Below are positions 40,750-53,615 of a stretch of 64,000 bases of DNA, piece by piece. Position 1 is the stretch's first letter. The number at the start of each line of letters is the position of its first letter. The notes beneath the pieces are model-generated. The model was given only the letters and a program-made list of their open reading frames with translations, was not told the DNA's origin and made no database searches. Both the position numbers and the translations under genes were made by a program. Source of the stretch: Chiloscyllium plagiosum (Eukaryota); contig NC_057728.1 in the NCBI RefSeq assembly GCF_004010195.1, positions 48,394,077 to 48,458,076 on the forward strand, read 5' to 3'.

Positions 40750-40802
40750 TTAGATTAGATTAGATTAGATTAGATTAGATTAGATTAGATTAGATTAGAT
40801 TA
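40750..40802. repeat. (TTAGA)n microsatellite, about 10 units; expanded tail of the adjacent SINE
   Basis: Directly visible. Confidence 0.95.
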
Positions 40803-41101
40803 CTTACAGTGTTGAAACAGGCCCTTCGGCCCAACAAGTCCACACCGCCCCGCCGAAGCGCAACCCACCCATACCCCTACATTTACCCCTTACCTAACAC
40901 TACGGGCAATTTAGCATGGCCAATTCACCTGACCTGCACATCTTTGGACTGTGGGAGGAAACCGGAGCACCTGGAGGAAACCCACGCAGACACGGGGAGA
41001 ACGTGCAAACTCCACATAGTCAGTCACCTGAGGCGGGAATTGAACCTGGGTCTCTGGCGCTGTGAGGCAGCAGTGCTAACCACTGTGCCACCGTGCCGCC
41101 C
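40803..41101 (-). mobile_element. Young full-length HE1/V-SINE
   Basis: Minus strand reads GGGCGGCACGGTGGCACAGTGGTTAGCACTGCTGCCTCACAGCGCC...GGTTCAATTCCCG with CpGs retained, V-domain and (TCTAA)n tail. Confidence 0.93.
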
Positions 41102-41486
41102 ACTACTCTTGAAATTATAAAAGAAAAATTGATTTCTGATTGTACAAAAGATCACAGGAAAGCATGTCCTCAGCACTTCCATATCCAAAAAGTGATTGTG
41201 CTTATTCGTACACAAAAAGCCTCAGGGGCTATCCATGGATACCCTTGTGGATATTCATCACTCAGAATGCAAGCGTACTAGAATTCTATTAAATGTAAGA
41301 AATGCAGCTATTAAGAGAGACAAGACAATAAAAGGAAGTCGAATTTCCTGTAAAAGTTATATCTGAAATTACACCCATTCATACACTAATTTTGCCAATG
41401 CCAGGTTACGCCCAAATTTCCTGCCAATTTTATTTGCATTAAACAGAATGTAAAAATGTTTGTAGGAAAAGTAGCAAACTTCTGCA

Positions 41487-44400
41487 GGGAGGCAATGGCC
41501 TAGTGCTATTCTCATTAGACCCTTAATCCAGAACCTCATCTAATCTGGGACCTGGGTTCAAACTCTACCACGGCAAATAGTGTAATTTGAATTAAATGAA
41601 AAATATTTGGAATTAAGAATCTATTGATGCGCTTGAAACCATGGTCGGTTGTCGTAAAAATCCTTCTCGCGCTCAAATGTTCTTCAGGGAAGGAAATTTG
41701 CCATCTTCAGTGAATCTGGCCTACATATGACTCCAGATCCACAGCAATGTGTGAGATTCTCAACTGCCCTCTGAAATGCATAGCAAACCACTCAGTTGTA
41801 TCAATTGCTATGAAGTTCTCAACAAATAAATTAAACCAGATGGACCACCCAGCATCGATCTTGGCACCAGAAAAGACAGCAGCAAAAACAGCCCTGTCAA
41901 CCCTGCAAAGTCCTCCTTATTAACATCTGGGGGCTACTGCTAAAATTGGAAGAGTTGTCTCAGATTAGTCAAACAATAGCTTGACATATGATTCCATATG
42001 TATGCCTATCTGACAGACAATGTCCCAGACACCACCATCACCATCCTGGATACGTCCTGTCCCAAAGGCAGAACAGATCCAGCAGAGGTAGTGTCATAAT
42101 AGCATACAATTGGGAGGAGGTTGCCCTCAGTCTACGTTGACTCTAGACCCCATAGGCACTGTCCTCCCTCAGCTGATGAAAAAGTACTCCATCATGTCGA
42201 ACAACACTTAGACTGATGGATTCATTTGAGTTATTGTCACATGTACCTAAGTGCAGTGAAAAGCCTTGTTTGCGAGCAGTAAAGATAAATCATAGTAAGA
42301 AAAGACATACAGATCATAAGGTGAAAAGAAAATTTGGACAGAGTGAGGCATATAGGTTACACCACAGAATGTGCATGAAGCAAGATCAACATTATTTGAA
42401 GTTAGAGAGCCCATTTATTAGTCTAATAACAGCAGGGAAACAGCTGTTCTTGAACCTATTGATGCACGTATTCAAGTTCTGCCTGACAGAAGAGGTTGTA
42501 GAAGAGCATTACTGGGGTGCGATGGGTCTTTCTTGATGTTGGCATCCTATGCATGGCAATGTGAAGTGTAAATGGAATCCATGGATGGAAGGTTGGCTTC
42601 CATGATGGTCTGGGCTGTGCACACCACCTTCTGTAGTTTCTTATGGTCCTGGGCAGAGCAGTTGCCATATCAGGCCATTCTACACCCAGATAGTATGTTT
42701 AGAGGAAGAACTAATGGTGGCAAGAGCACAAAATACTCTCTGGATGGGAGAATTTCAATGTCCACCACCAAGAGTGGCTCGGCAGCAGCATTACTGATCA
42801 AGCTGTGGGTCCTAAAGCAGGTGGTGAGGGAATAATAAATAGAACACTAGGTAGACAGTAGGTAACCTGAACAAGGAATACTTTATTGTGCATCCTCTCA
42901 GCTCTGTCAGTTTTAGACTGCCTCCCTAGCTCTTGCTCTGAGTCACCTGATGTGCTTGCTTAAAGTGGCAAAACACACCCAACTACATAAATAATACCAA
43001 TCTGCCGGCTGCAGATGCATCTATGACAGTATTGGTAAGAGCAACCACCGCATAGTCCTTACAGAAATGACGTTCCGCCTTTACAGTGGGAATTCCATCT
43101 ATCATATTGTTTAGCACTTTCACAGTGTTAATTGAGGCAGACTTCGAACAGATCTAGCAACTCAAGACTGGCCATCCATGAGGTACTGTCAGTCATCATC
43201 AGCTGCATAGTGTACTCCAGCACATTCTGCAACCTCATGCCTGACATGTCCCACACTCATTCATTACCATCAAGCCAGGCAATCAACCCAAGTTCATTAG
43301 AGGGAGGAGAGCATGCCAGGAGCAGCACCAGGCATACATAAAAATGAGGTATCAATTTAGTGAAGCTAGCAAACAGCATAAAGCAGCAAGTGATAGACAG
43401 AGCTAAGCGACCCCACAACCAGTGGATCAGATCCAAGCTCTGCAGTCCTGCCACATCCAATCGTGAATGATGGTGGACAATTAAGTAATTCACTAGAGGA
43501 GGCAGCTCTACAAGTATTCCCATCCACAAGGACGGAAGAGTTCAACACATTAGTGCAAAACATAAGGCTGAAGTTTTGCAGCAATTTTCAGCCAGAAGAA
43601 ATGCCAAGTGAATGATCCATTTTAGCCTCCTCCAGTGATCACCAGCATTACAAATACCAATCTTCAGCCAATGTGATTCACTCCATGTGATATCAAGAAA
43701 TGACTGGTGGCACTGGATAGTGCAATGGCTATGGGCTCCAACGACATTCTGGCAATAGTACTGAAGACATGCTCAAAAACTTGCTGTTCTCCTAGCCAAG
43801 CTGTGCCGGTACATTTACAACACTGGCATCTATCTAACAATGTGGAAAATCACCCAAGTAAGACCTATAGACAAAGACCAGGACAAATTCAACTTGGCCA
43901 ATTACCACTCCATCAGTAGAGATGGAAGGTGTCATCAACAGTCTTAACAAGCAGCACCTGCTCAGTAGCAACCTACTCACTGTTGCCCGGTTTAGGCCTG
44001 GACTGGGTCACTCAGCTCCTGACCTCATAACAGCCTTGGTTCAAATATGGATGAAAGAGCTGAATTCCATTGGTGTAGTGAGAGTGAAAACCCTTGACAT
44101 CAAGGCCACATTTGACAGAATGTGGCATGAAAGAGCCCTAGCAAAACTGGTCTTAGTGAACATCAGGGACAAACTCTCCGCTGGGTGGAGTCACAACACA
44201 GGAAGATGGTTGTGTTTGTTGGAAGTCAGCCATCTCAACTTTAGGACATCTCCACAGGGGTTCTTCAGCTACTGTCATAGCCCCCCCACCCCCAATCATA
44301 AGGTCATAAATGTTGATGTTTGCCAATGATTGCACAATTTCAGCACCGTTTGCAACTCCTCAGATACTGGAGCAGTCTGTGGTCAAATGCAACAAAATCT

Positions 44401-45180
44401 GGACAATATCCAGGCTTGAGCAGCCACGTGGCAAGTAACATTCAGATCATATAAATGCCAGACAATGACCATCACGAATAAGAGACAATCTAACCATCAT
44501 CCTTTGACAATCAATGGTGTTAACATCACTGAATCCCCCACTATCAACATTGTTGGAGTTACCATTGACCAGAAACTCAACTGGACTCACCACACAAACA
44601 CAGTGGCTGTAAAAGCAGGTCAGAGGATAGGAATACTGCGGTGATTAACTCACCTCCTGACTCCCTAAAGCCTGTCCACCATGTACAAGGCAGAAGTCAG
44701 AGTGTGATGGAATACTCTCCACTCGTCTGGATGGATACAGCTTCAACAATACTCAAGAAGCTTGACACCGTCTAGGCCAAATAAGCCCACTTATTTGGTT
44801 CCACATCCAATCTCTCCACCAATGTTCAGAAGCAGCAGTGTCTACAAACTACAAGATGCACTGCAGAAATTCACCAAATTTCTTTAGAGTGCAGCTTCCA
44901 AACTCATGACTACTTTCATCTAGAAGGACAAAGGCAGCAGATACATGGGAACACCACTACCTGTAGGTTCCCCTCCCAACTCACCATTCTGACTTGGAAA
45001 TAGATCGCCCTTCCTTGTCACTGCCCAAAATGCTGGTATTCCCCCCAAGGGCATTGTGTGTCAACCTACAGTGGACTGCAGCAATTCAAGACGACGGCTC
45101 ACCATTACCTTTTCAAAGGCAACTAGGGATGGGCAATAAACGCCAGCCAGTCAGTGGTGCTGACGTCCCATGAGTGAATC
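41487..45180 (+). mobile_element. Near full-length decayed LINE (CR1-group, APE-RT) with tRNA-like 5' head
   Basis: A/B-box-like head; endonuclease start (aacatctgggggct, NIWGL); RT motifs GHSAPDLITAL and LDIKATFDRMWH; many stops and frameshifts. Confidence 0.85.
42215..42700 (-). mobile_element. Rex/Babar-like LINE 3' fragment nested in the LINE above
   Basis: Minus strand encodes ILSGC..AWYGNCSAQDHKKLQKVVCTAQTI, typical of the Rex-Babar RT C-terminus. Confidence 0.75.
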
Positions 45181-45565
45181 ATTAATCATATATTCTGCCT
45201 TTAAATATGAAAATTAAACATGCAATATGGGTAACTCAAAAATCACAGTAAAGTACAAGAAAAATCATGTACAGGTGTGTCAAAAGATCTGGCCTGATAG
45301 GTATTTGCTTTTCACTTTAGTTATACATGCTTTCAGCACCAATACACAGGAATCCACACCAATAATTAAATGGTGCCTGTATACAAAGCAGCATTTTGTT
45401 CATCTCATTAACTTCCTCAAGTAATATTCAAATAATACACTGCATCTACTTAAAAGCTTTTTCTACAGTGCTATAAAGTTCCACATCACCAACCGTAAAA
45501 ACAATGTTTATATTGTTGAAGACTTATGTTACAAGAGACAATTAAAATTGCTTTTATCTCATTAC

Positions 45566-45713
45566 CTGCTTGGTGAAGATGGAGTATGAAGTGACATTGT
45601 GGGCACTCCTGTCGTTGGCGTTACATGATTAGGTAATTGAGTACCTTGTGATAAGCTGCGATTTAACTGGGGGTTATTGTTGCCCATTCCCCTCATCGGA
45701 AGGCCTAATGCAC
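45566..45713 (-). CDS. CNOT2: CNOT2 coding exon (148 nt): (S)ALGLPMRGMGNNNPQLNRSLSQGTQLPNHVTPTTGVPTMSLHTPSSPS(R)
   Basis: Open frame between cag acceptor and gtaat donor; phase-compatible with both neighbouring exons; near-identical to CNOT2. Confidence 0.96.
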
Positions 45714-46439
45714 CTGTGAAAATATGAATATAATGTTTTTTTCAATTTTAGTTTAGATTGTCTGAGCTTGTTGCCTCATATTGAATGAGTACTTTTGTTC
45801 ATAAAATAGTACAATTAAATATTGATTATTATGTACGTGTTAAGAAGCATGTTAACTTTTAGGTTTATCCAGAAAACTATGAGGAAATCAATGCTGAAAC
45901 ATATTTCAGCAAAAGTTCCACAATACCTATAAAACTATTTTAGCCAGTGTTTTAGGATTATGGCTTGCATAAAGCATTGTTTCTCATTAGCTATACTTTA
46001 TTATGTTTCAAGTGATATACTTTCATGTGCACATTTGACAATAAAGTAATCCTAGTGGTGTCTAGACATTCTGCTTCTAAAATGTTTTGAGCATTGCTGA
46101 ACATAAACACATTTTGACAAAACTTTTTGTTCTTCCACTTATCAGGGCATTTGTCAGAACATCAATGTAAACGGGACATTTTATATTTTATGAGAAGAAG
46201 GTGCTGATTAGTGGAAGTGTACTCTGAACTCAAAACAGTGTTCAATATTTGCTACGTAATCATGAGTCTACAAAGAATTACATCAAATTTAGCCCCATCT
46301 TTGTGTGCGCTGGAAGCCACATATATTAATGTACAGGTCCCTGCTCTTTGCAGGCAGAAAGGACACATACACAGCTTTGCCCCTTTTCCCCCACTATAAA
46401 TATTAGACATTTTCTGATTTATTCCTCGGGAAAATGATA

Positions 46440-46700
46440 TGACCAATCATAAACAACCTGCCAAGTTTAAAATAAACAAAATTTGGTAGTTAATTGCCAG
46501 TCATCATCTTCATTCTTCTTGGAAACATCTGTACCAGAGTCTATTTGCCAATCAATCAGCACACTTCTCATACAGTAATGAATTTTGAGAGATTTATTTT
46601 GCATTTCCTTACATTGGTATTCTCGTGTATATTCTGATGAGTGCAAGACAAAAAAGCTTTGACCAAGTCTGTGTTTTCTTTCAGCAATATTCAAATATTG
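46440..46700 (+). mobile_element. PLE-like terminal repeat remnant with hammerhead motif (G12 lost)
   Basis: CTGATGAgtgcaagacAAAAaagctttgac at about 46634-46663. Confidence 0.55.
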
Positions 46701-46889
46701 TATTATCAACAACTGGAAAACAGCTTATGATATCATGTTTAGGTTTCAGCAACTCTATTGACAAAACCAGCACTTTTGAAACTATGAAGTCAATACAGTA
46801 AATAACTGCTGCCTATTGTATATTGAGATAACGGTTTATTTAACAGCTATTGCTCTAAACGCAACACTTCAACAACAGAAAAGACTTAC

Positions 46890-46959
46890 TTTGCCCATAT
46901 AAACTTGCACCAAACTGAGATAACTGCCCTGATGTTGATGGTGATGGAGATGCCAGCAT
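46890..46959 (-). CDS. CNOT2: CNOT2 coding exon (70 nt): MLASPSPSTSGQLSQFGASLYGQ(S)
   Basis: Manual translation of the minus strand; ttttttccctag acceptor and gtaagt donor; matches the N-terminal region of vertebrate CNOT2 as remembered; phase 0 in, phase 1 out. Confidence 0.95.
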
Positions 46960-48004
46960 CTAGGGAAAAAAGCATATACAGTCAGAAACAAACTAATCAT
47001 CCAAAGTTTCCATTAGTGGATCAAAGAAATGGACTTAATAATTTACATAGATCTATAGTGCACAAGTTTATAAACCCAACTTAGCCAGAAAGAAAATTAA
47101 AGAATCAAAAATTGTCAAGTCAAAAAGATGGAATTCCACAGGTGTGTAATTATAAATGTTAAGAATTAAATGGATTTGTCGCCCTGTTAATGAAAATATT
47201 TCATAAACTTACTCATATTCAGAAAATTGTATAAAATAATTTTTGAACTGTGATTTTAACTATTAACCCAATGGTTTCCAAATTGAGATCACATCCTCCA
47301 AATACCTAATCCAGAAGTTCTACCCGGACAGTCCTGGACCTAATGCATTGATACTATCATCTAGTAAGCGTGGACAATGAATCCAAAATGCTCTTATTAC
47401 CGCCAAGCAGTTTTGGCAGCCAGGTCAGGGTCTGTATATTGACTACGCACAAGCCAGAAGCAGACAAGCATAACTCAGTGGCTGACTGAATGTAGACAAA
47501 GCTGGTAAGTCATTAAACTGGTCCAGGATTTAGTACAGACTCCTTACCTCAGGCTAACATCACTGAATGAGAGGGGTTGATTAAAGTGCATGCACATAAG
47601 GGTGTGGTAGGGAGGTGGACAGAAGAACAAGACATGCTAATTATTGTGTGAGTACATGTATATAAATGAAGGACAAGTGGAGGGACAATTTACAGTGTGG
47701 TGGTGGTGGAGAGAGGGGTTTCACAGAGTCTTCTGTATCTAGGGTATAAAACAGCTTGGCTGAAATGGAAGGAGTACATAAAATAACTTCCAACAAAATA
47801 CTTTAAAAGTAAGGATTTTTCACAGATCAATGTTAAAAATCATTTAAATATGGAAATACATAAGAAATGTAAAACTTGACAAAATAAGAGTTATATACTG
47901 AATCTTACTCTACTGGTGTACTTTATTGCTTGCATTGGGGTTGTGTTACTTTTCAGTTTTAAAACAGGGTCACATCAAAATAATCTGTGGGTAAAGTATT
48001 ATGT

Positions 48005-48375
48005 TAACCAATGAATTTGAATCAGAAGGTTGTCGATTCAAATCATACTATAAAAGTTCACCATCTAGGTTTACAGTTTGCAGCAGTACAGGACAAGATA
48101 TTGGAAATGCAGTAGTTCAGACAGTGTAGTAAATTACTACCTCATCTGTCTTTTCTATGATACCATTTGACAAAGAATGCAGATCTCCTGGAATGTGGAT
48201 ATTGTTTCTTATCAACCAACATTATAAAACCAAAATTTAGCAGTGAAATTTGTCCAACTTTATCATATGCAAATTTTGCCTACAAAACTATATGATCTGC
48301 ATTTTCAAAGTAATCCACTGTATAAAAGTGCTTTGGGACATTTTGTAATATTTACTTCTTAAATGTAAGCTTGTT
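48005..48375 (+). mobile_element. Ancient Deu-SINE remnant
   Basis: Degenerate tRNA head and aaagtgctttgggacatt...aaatgtaagc L2-like tail. Confidence 0.5.
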
Positions 48376-48448
48376 TTATTCCTGAATGATACCAGCCCAA
48401 ATCTCCATAGTTCAAGGTTCTTTTCTCATCACTATAGTACATTTTGTT

Positions 48449-48636
48449 CTGATTTGGAGATGCCGGTGTTGGACTGAGGTGTACAAAGTTAAAAATCACA
48501 CAACACCAGGTTATAGTCCAACAGGTTTAATTGGAAGCACACTAGCTTTCAGAGCGACGCTCCTTCATCCCACCTCCTGTTCTTCTGTCCACCTCCCTAC
48601 CACACCCTTATGAGCGACGCTCATTCATGTAACTTT
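48449..48636. mobile_element. PLE-derived mini-element (second family) with 12-bp target-site duplication
   Basis: gtacattttgtt at 48437-48448 and 48637-48648; truncated hammerhead on the minus strand. Confidence 0.8.
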
Positions 48637-49039
48637 GTACATTTTGTTTGGATTCAAGATTTGTCACTCAAAACTATTGCTTTGCCCTGCTTCTTCAGCA
48701 ACATGAAGGAATCAGAATTGTGTTCCTAGACTCGTACATTTTGAATTATTTTAAGTTTTGACAAGGCTTCATATTCAATGTTACTTAGAAAACTTAAGTT
48801 TTGAAGAATTGTAGAAAGTGGATTGGTTTTAGGTTTTGTGGAAATATCTGGAATGGATTCTTTAAAAGTGATTATTACTTACTATGGACACTGGAGATGG
48901 ACTTCTCGTAAATCATGGTTGCTTTGCCGTGGACCCCCAGCTGGAGTCATTTTGAACATTCTTAACTGGTAACTGACTTGGAGCAAAGCCCGCTAATGAC
49001 AAGATGCATTGAGGGGAAGCCTTCAGAGAACAAGCTGAG

Positions 49040-50095
49040 AAGGACCATAAGACTATAAGATATCGGAGCAGAATTAGATCCTTCAGTCCATTGAGTCTGC
49101 TCCATCATTTGATCATGGCTGATATATGTTTCTCAACCCCATTCTCGAATCTTCTCCATAGAATCCTTGATCCCCTTACTACGTGAGAACTTATCTATCC
49201 CTGTCTTAAACATACTCAATGACTTCGCCTCCACAACTTCCTGAGGCAAGAGTTTCACAGATTAACCACCCTCTGGGTGAGGAAGTTCCTCCTCATCTCA
49301 GTTCTAAAGGGTCGTCTCTTCATTCTGAGGCTGCACCCTTGGGTCCCAGTCTCTCCTACTAGTGGAGACACCTTCTCTGTCTCTGCTCTATTCAGACCTC
49401 TCAGCATTCCGTATGTTTCAATAAGATCATCCCCATCCTTCTAAACTACATCAAGTACAGACCCAGAGACCTCACCCTTTCCTCCTAAGACAAGCCTTTC
49501 ATTCCTAGGATCATTCTTGTAAACCTCCTCTCGACCTCCCCTCCAATTGCTAGCACATTGTTCCTTAGACATGGGGCCCAAAAACTACTCTCAATATTCC
49601 AAATGTGGTCAGAGTCTTATACAGTGTTAGCAGTACATTTTTGCTCATGTATTCTAGCCCTTATGAATTAAATGCTAACATCACATTTGCCTTCCTAACT
49701 GCCAAGTGAACATGTATGTTAACCTTAAGCGAGTCCTGAACTAAGACTCCCAAGTGCCTTCAGATTTATGAAGCCTTTCCCATTTAGAAAATAGTCTACA
49801 CCTCTATTCTTCTTATCAAAGTGCACAAAGTGCACAATCTCACACTTGCACACATCAAATTCCATCTGCCACTTCTTTGTCCACTATCCTAACCTATCCA
49901 AGTCCTTCTGCAGAATCCTTGCCTCTCCACTTATCTTTGTGACATTGTAAACTTAGCAACAATACCCTCAGTTCCTTCATCCCGATCATTAATGTATAAT
50001 GTGAATAGTCATGGTTCCAACATTGACCCATGCAAAATTCCACTAGTCACCAACAGACATCCTGAAAGAGACGCCTTTCACCTTGCTCACTGTCT
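49040..50095 (-). mobile_element. CR1-type LINE 3' portion
   Basis: Reverse complement resembles 36470-37530; cataagactataaga tail. Confidence 0.85.
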
Positions 50096-50255
50096 CTTCA
50101 AAGAGCATCCCAGCCAGACCCACCCTAGCCCTGGAACCCCGCATTTCCAATGGCTACTTCACTTAACTTGCACATCCCTGGACACAATGGGCAATTTGGC
50201 ATGGCCAATCCACCTAACCTGTACATCTTTGGACTGTTGGAGAAAGCCAAAGCAT
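50095..50255 (-). mobile_element. HE1/V-SINE fragment
   Basis: gggcaatttggcatggccaatccacctaacctgtacatctttggactg, shared with 40900-40960. Confidence 0.8.
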
Positions 50256-53200
50256 GTGTGATTAGTGATGATCACACAAGTCAGAACACAGCAACAGACT
50301 TGAGAGCATTCAATTTATCTTTCTGCCTTCAAGAATAACCCATTGGCAAATTTGTTTTATTTTCAGAGCACTAATCTCCACGGAAAAGGAAGTGTTTTGG
50401 GGATATCTAGAGGAATAAACATTTATACTTCTATATTACTGATAGTATGTTAAAGATTATATCGTTATTAAATAATTTTTGTTTTGATAATAAACCTCAA
50501 CTGTGTTTATTTAAAAAATAACTGACTGATAGATCTTGTTAAAAACCTGTTACAGATAAGTTATTGACTTCATTATCTTGGAAATTGTAACAATAATCTT
50601 TATTTTGAGTGGTGGCACTACAGCAGCAATGCAATCCTCCAGCCTTAGTTTTAACCAAGCTCAAAAGATAAAGAATAAGCTGTTTCAGGGTGATTTAGAT
50701 GGGAGTCTAGAACTATGAACCTCTTTCTGGTTTTTGTATTTTTAAAGTATGCATTCATCATTCCAAACTCATAATTATCAAGGCATCTTTATTAAGGGTT
50801 ACCATGAAACTTGATGCAATGTGGCAATGAAAGGAACTTCAACACTGCACAAGATGCATTAAAAAGCTATGTTTGATGTCCTACTCACATGCAATTTATT
50901 AGTCCTTTATGCTGAGACAGAGATCAAGAAGCTAGCAGTTTTGAAATTAAAACATGAATATCAGTCGCCCAAGATCTAGAAAATTCAGTGATCAACATGC
51001 TTGGACCCCAAATATATGCATTTCATACTAATCATTGTGGAAGAAAAGTTGGCTGTTTCTAAAACTGGAAAACAATTGAATGGTCTTCTACTGATATCTG
51101 AGCTACAGGCAGGAAATAAAAAGGTAGCAGCAACATGGGCATAAGCACTGTGCCTATTAAACTAAAATTAACAAGGCTGACATCCACTATTAGTTGTCAG
51201 TCTTTTTGACAACATAGGTAACAGTGCAAAACAAAAATTCAACATATTTTGGCCTGATATAAACTATTCTGAATTGATGGAATAATGGGGCAATTTCTAC
51301 AAGTAGCTTAACTTGCGACACTGATTCAAAAAACACATCCTCTTTCAAAAATGAAGTATAAAATAGGCTTTTGGATCATGTCCCTTAGTGCTGAATCTGA
51401 TAAGATTTCCTACCTTCAAAATAGCAGTGCAATTTCTTCTTTGCTGCTGATTGAGACAAAAATTCATAAAAACTATGTAGATTTTAGTTAATGGAGTTAA
51501 GAAAAGTTAAGCTATTTATTAATTGTATTTAATTTAGTTTTCTCATCTACCAGGCAGAGAACAAAACCAACAGGTTTAGCCATTCAAACAGCTGAATTCC
51601 AAGACAGTACTGGCACAACAAACGTATCATTATACAGAGCCAGACCAGTCACTAGATTTGCGAAGCCACAGGTAAATTGAGATTTTCTGGAGGTCATACA
51701 AAAGTTTAGTGAGTTTCTGCTTTGAACTCCAAAGCTAGCAAATTTTCACTTCACTGAACAAGTTTCAGTCCAGGTTATTTTGTAAAATGAGGTTCTATGT
51801 TTCAGGCTTTCTGCCCCCTCCTACAAGCGTATTCTTTAGCACACATGACCACAAATACACCAAATACTGAAATAACAACATTTCCATACTTCCTCTCATT
51901 TCTTTTATTTGTTCCTGACCTTTTATTAAATCGATACTTAAACTGTAATTAAACAAGTGATAGTTCCCACTTTGATTTCCTACTCCATTCTCAGCTTGTT
52001 TTGTGCTGCTTTTTTTTTCAAAAACAATGTTATCTTCTGCTTTCCAGGCTGTTATTCTTCTGTGATTTGTTTTGTCATTGTGCTGTGCCATTTTACCTAT
52101 TTTCTCATAGATTGACTTAGAGAAGTCAGGGCAAATTACTTTCTCTCAATACAATATTGCTTCAGACCTAAAATAAGCCGCTTAACTTGCAGCTAAATAG
52201 GTGTTGTGTATTTGCAGACTCTACTTAACTTCATTCATGTCCACTTTTTAAATAGCTTCCATATGTTTTCTGGAGATCTTGTAAATAAGAAAGACCATAG
52301 ATTTCCACTCTGAAGATTCATAGATCCACTCAGAAACAAAGGAATGCAGTGATGGGGAAACAAATGAACTTAAAAGTGGGTTGCAGCACAAAGATATTCA
52401 CATGCAGTTACTTGGTTATCTATAACAGAGCTAAAAATTAAACATTTCAAAATTCTTACTATTGCCACCTTGTCAACAATGTGGCATTCACAAAGAATGT
52501 CAAAAAGAAACACTGTACTGAAACAAATTTTCTTGAAGAACTATGCAAAGTCAAGGTTTTTAGTGCAACATCTTAAAACATAAAACCCGATAATCGGCTA
52601 CCATTTGCTCCACTGACAATATCAAAACTGAATACAGCCAACAGGATTGCGAAAAATGCTTAGTGCTGCATCTGTAATGAGTTCACCACAGGCTCTGTCA
52701 ACCCAATAACATCCATAAAAATACTAGACACAACCAGAAACCAACATTCAATTAAAATTTATGAATTTTCCATGTGTAAACATCACTAAACAAGACTAAA
52801 TGGATGAATTCCCCACTATCCTTTTTCAGTTTCTGAGTCTATGTATTATTTTCACCAAGGCAGGGAGGAAACCCACTTAACACCTTTCCATATGCTGCTG
52901 CACAACATCACATCTCTTTCTGTTGGTGTTTAAACAAGCCTTAACAAAATGATTAAGCTGCCCAGTAAAGGGACAAACTATCTTAAACATTGATGTATTT
53001 TAGAAAGCAGAATATAATACTATTTATGTACATATTTATATTAGTATAAATGGTAAGACTCATTATTTACAGGACAATGCCACACAGTACATCAAATGGT
53101 AATAAAAATACAATTCAACATATGTTGAACAGCAATCAATGGAAACAGACAGGCTTGTATGCTGGACCCAAAAGATATACAGGAAGTTGCAAAGCTCAAC

Positions 53201-53419
53201 TTAAGTCCAACACTTAATGATTGGCCAAACAGACCAATCATTCTTCATCAAGCATCCTGTAGGTCAAACGTAAACTCATACTTCACGCAGTAAGCAATTT
53301 TGGAAACATTTTACTATGATTCCATCATTGAAAAGGTTATAATTGCAGAATGTATCAAGAATTTAAAGTTACAAGGAAAAAGATCCCACCTTCCAGTGTA
53401 TCACGAAAGAAAGACAAGT

Positions 53420-53615
53420 AAAATCTTACATTTATGTATTTTATACATTTCACAGCCACTGGATGTCTCAAAGCGCTCACCGATCAATATGCATTTCTTT
53501 GAAGTGCACTAACTCTTGAAATATCAGAAACACGGTAACTAATTTTTGCACAGCAAACTCCTACAAACAGCAATGTGATAATTAGCAAGGTATTTTAAAT
53601 AATGATTGAATTTGG
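53420..53615 (-). mobile_element. Deu-SINE 3' fragment
   Basis: ggatgtctcaaagcgctcac...tttgaagtg...gcacagcaaactcctacaaacagcaatgtgataa. Confidence 0.65.

Noticed and set aside
40750..40802. (TTAGA)n as an interstitial telomere or CRISPR-like array
   Set aside because: Not TTAGGG and has no spacers; it is the SINE's expanded 3' tail
41020..41101. tRNA-like A and B boxes as a tRNA gene
   Set aside because: It continues into a V-domain and microsatellite tail, so it is a SINE head
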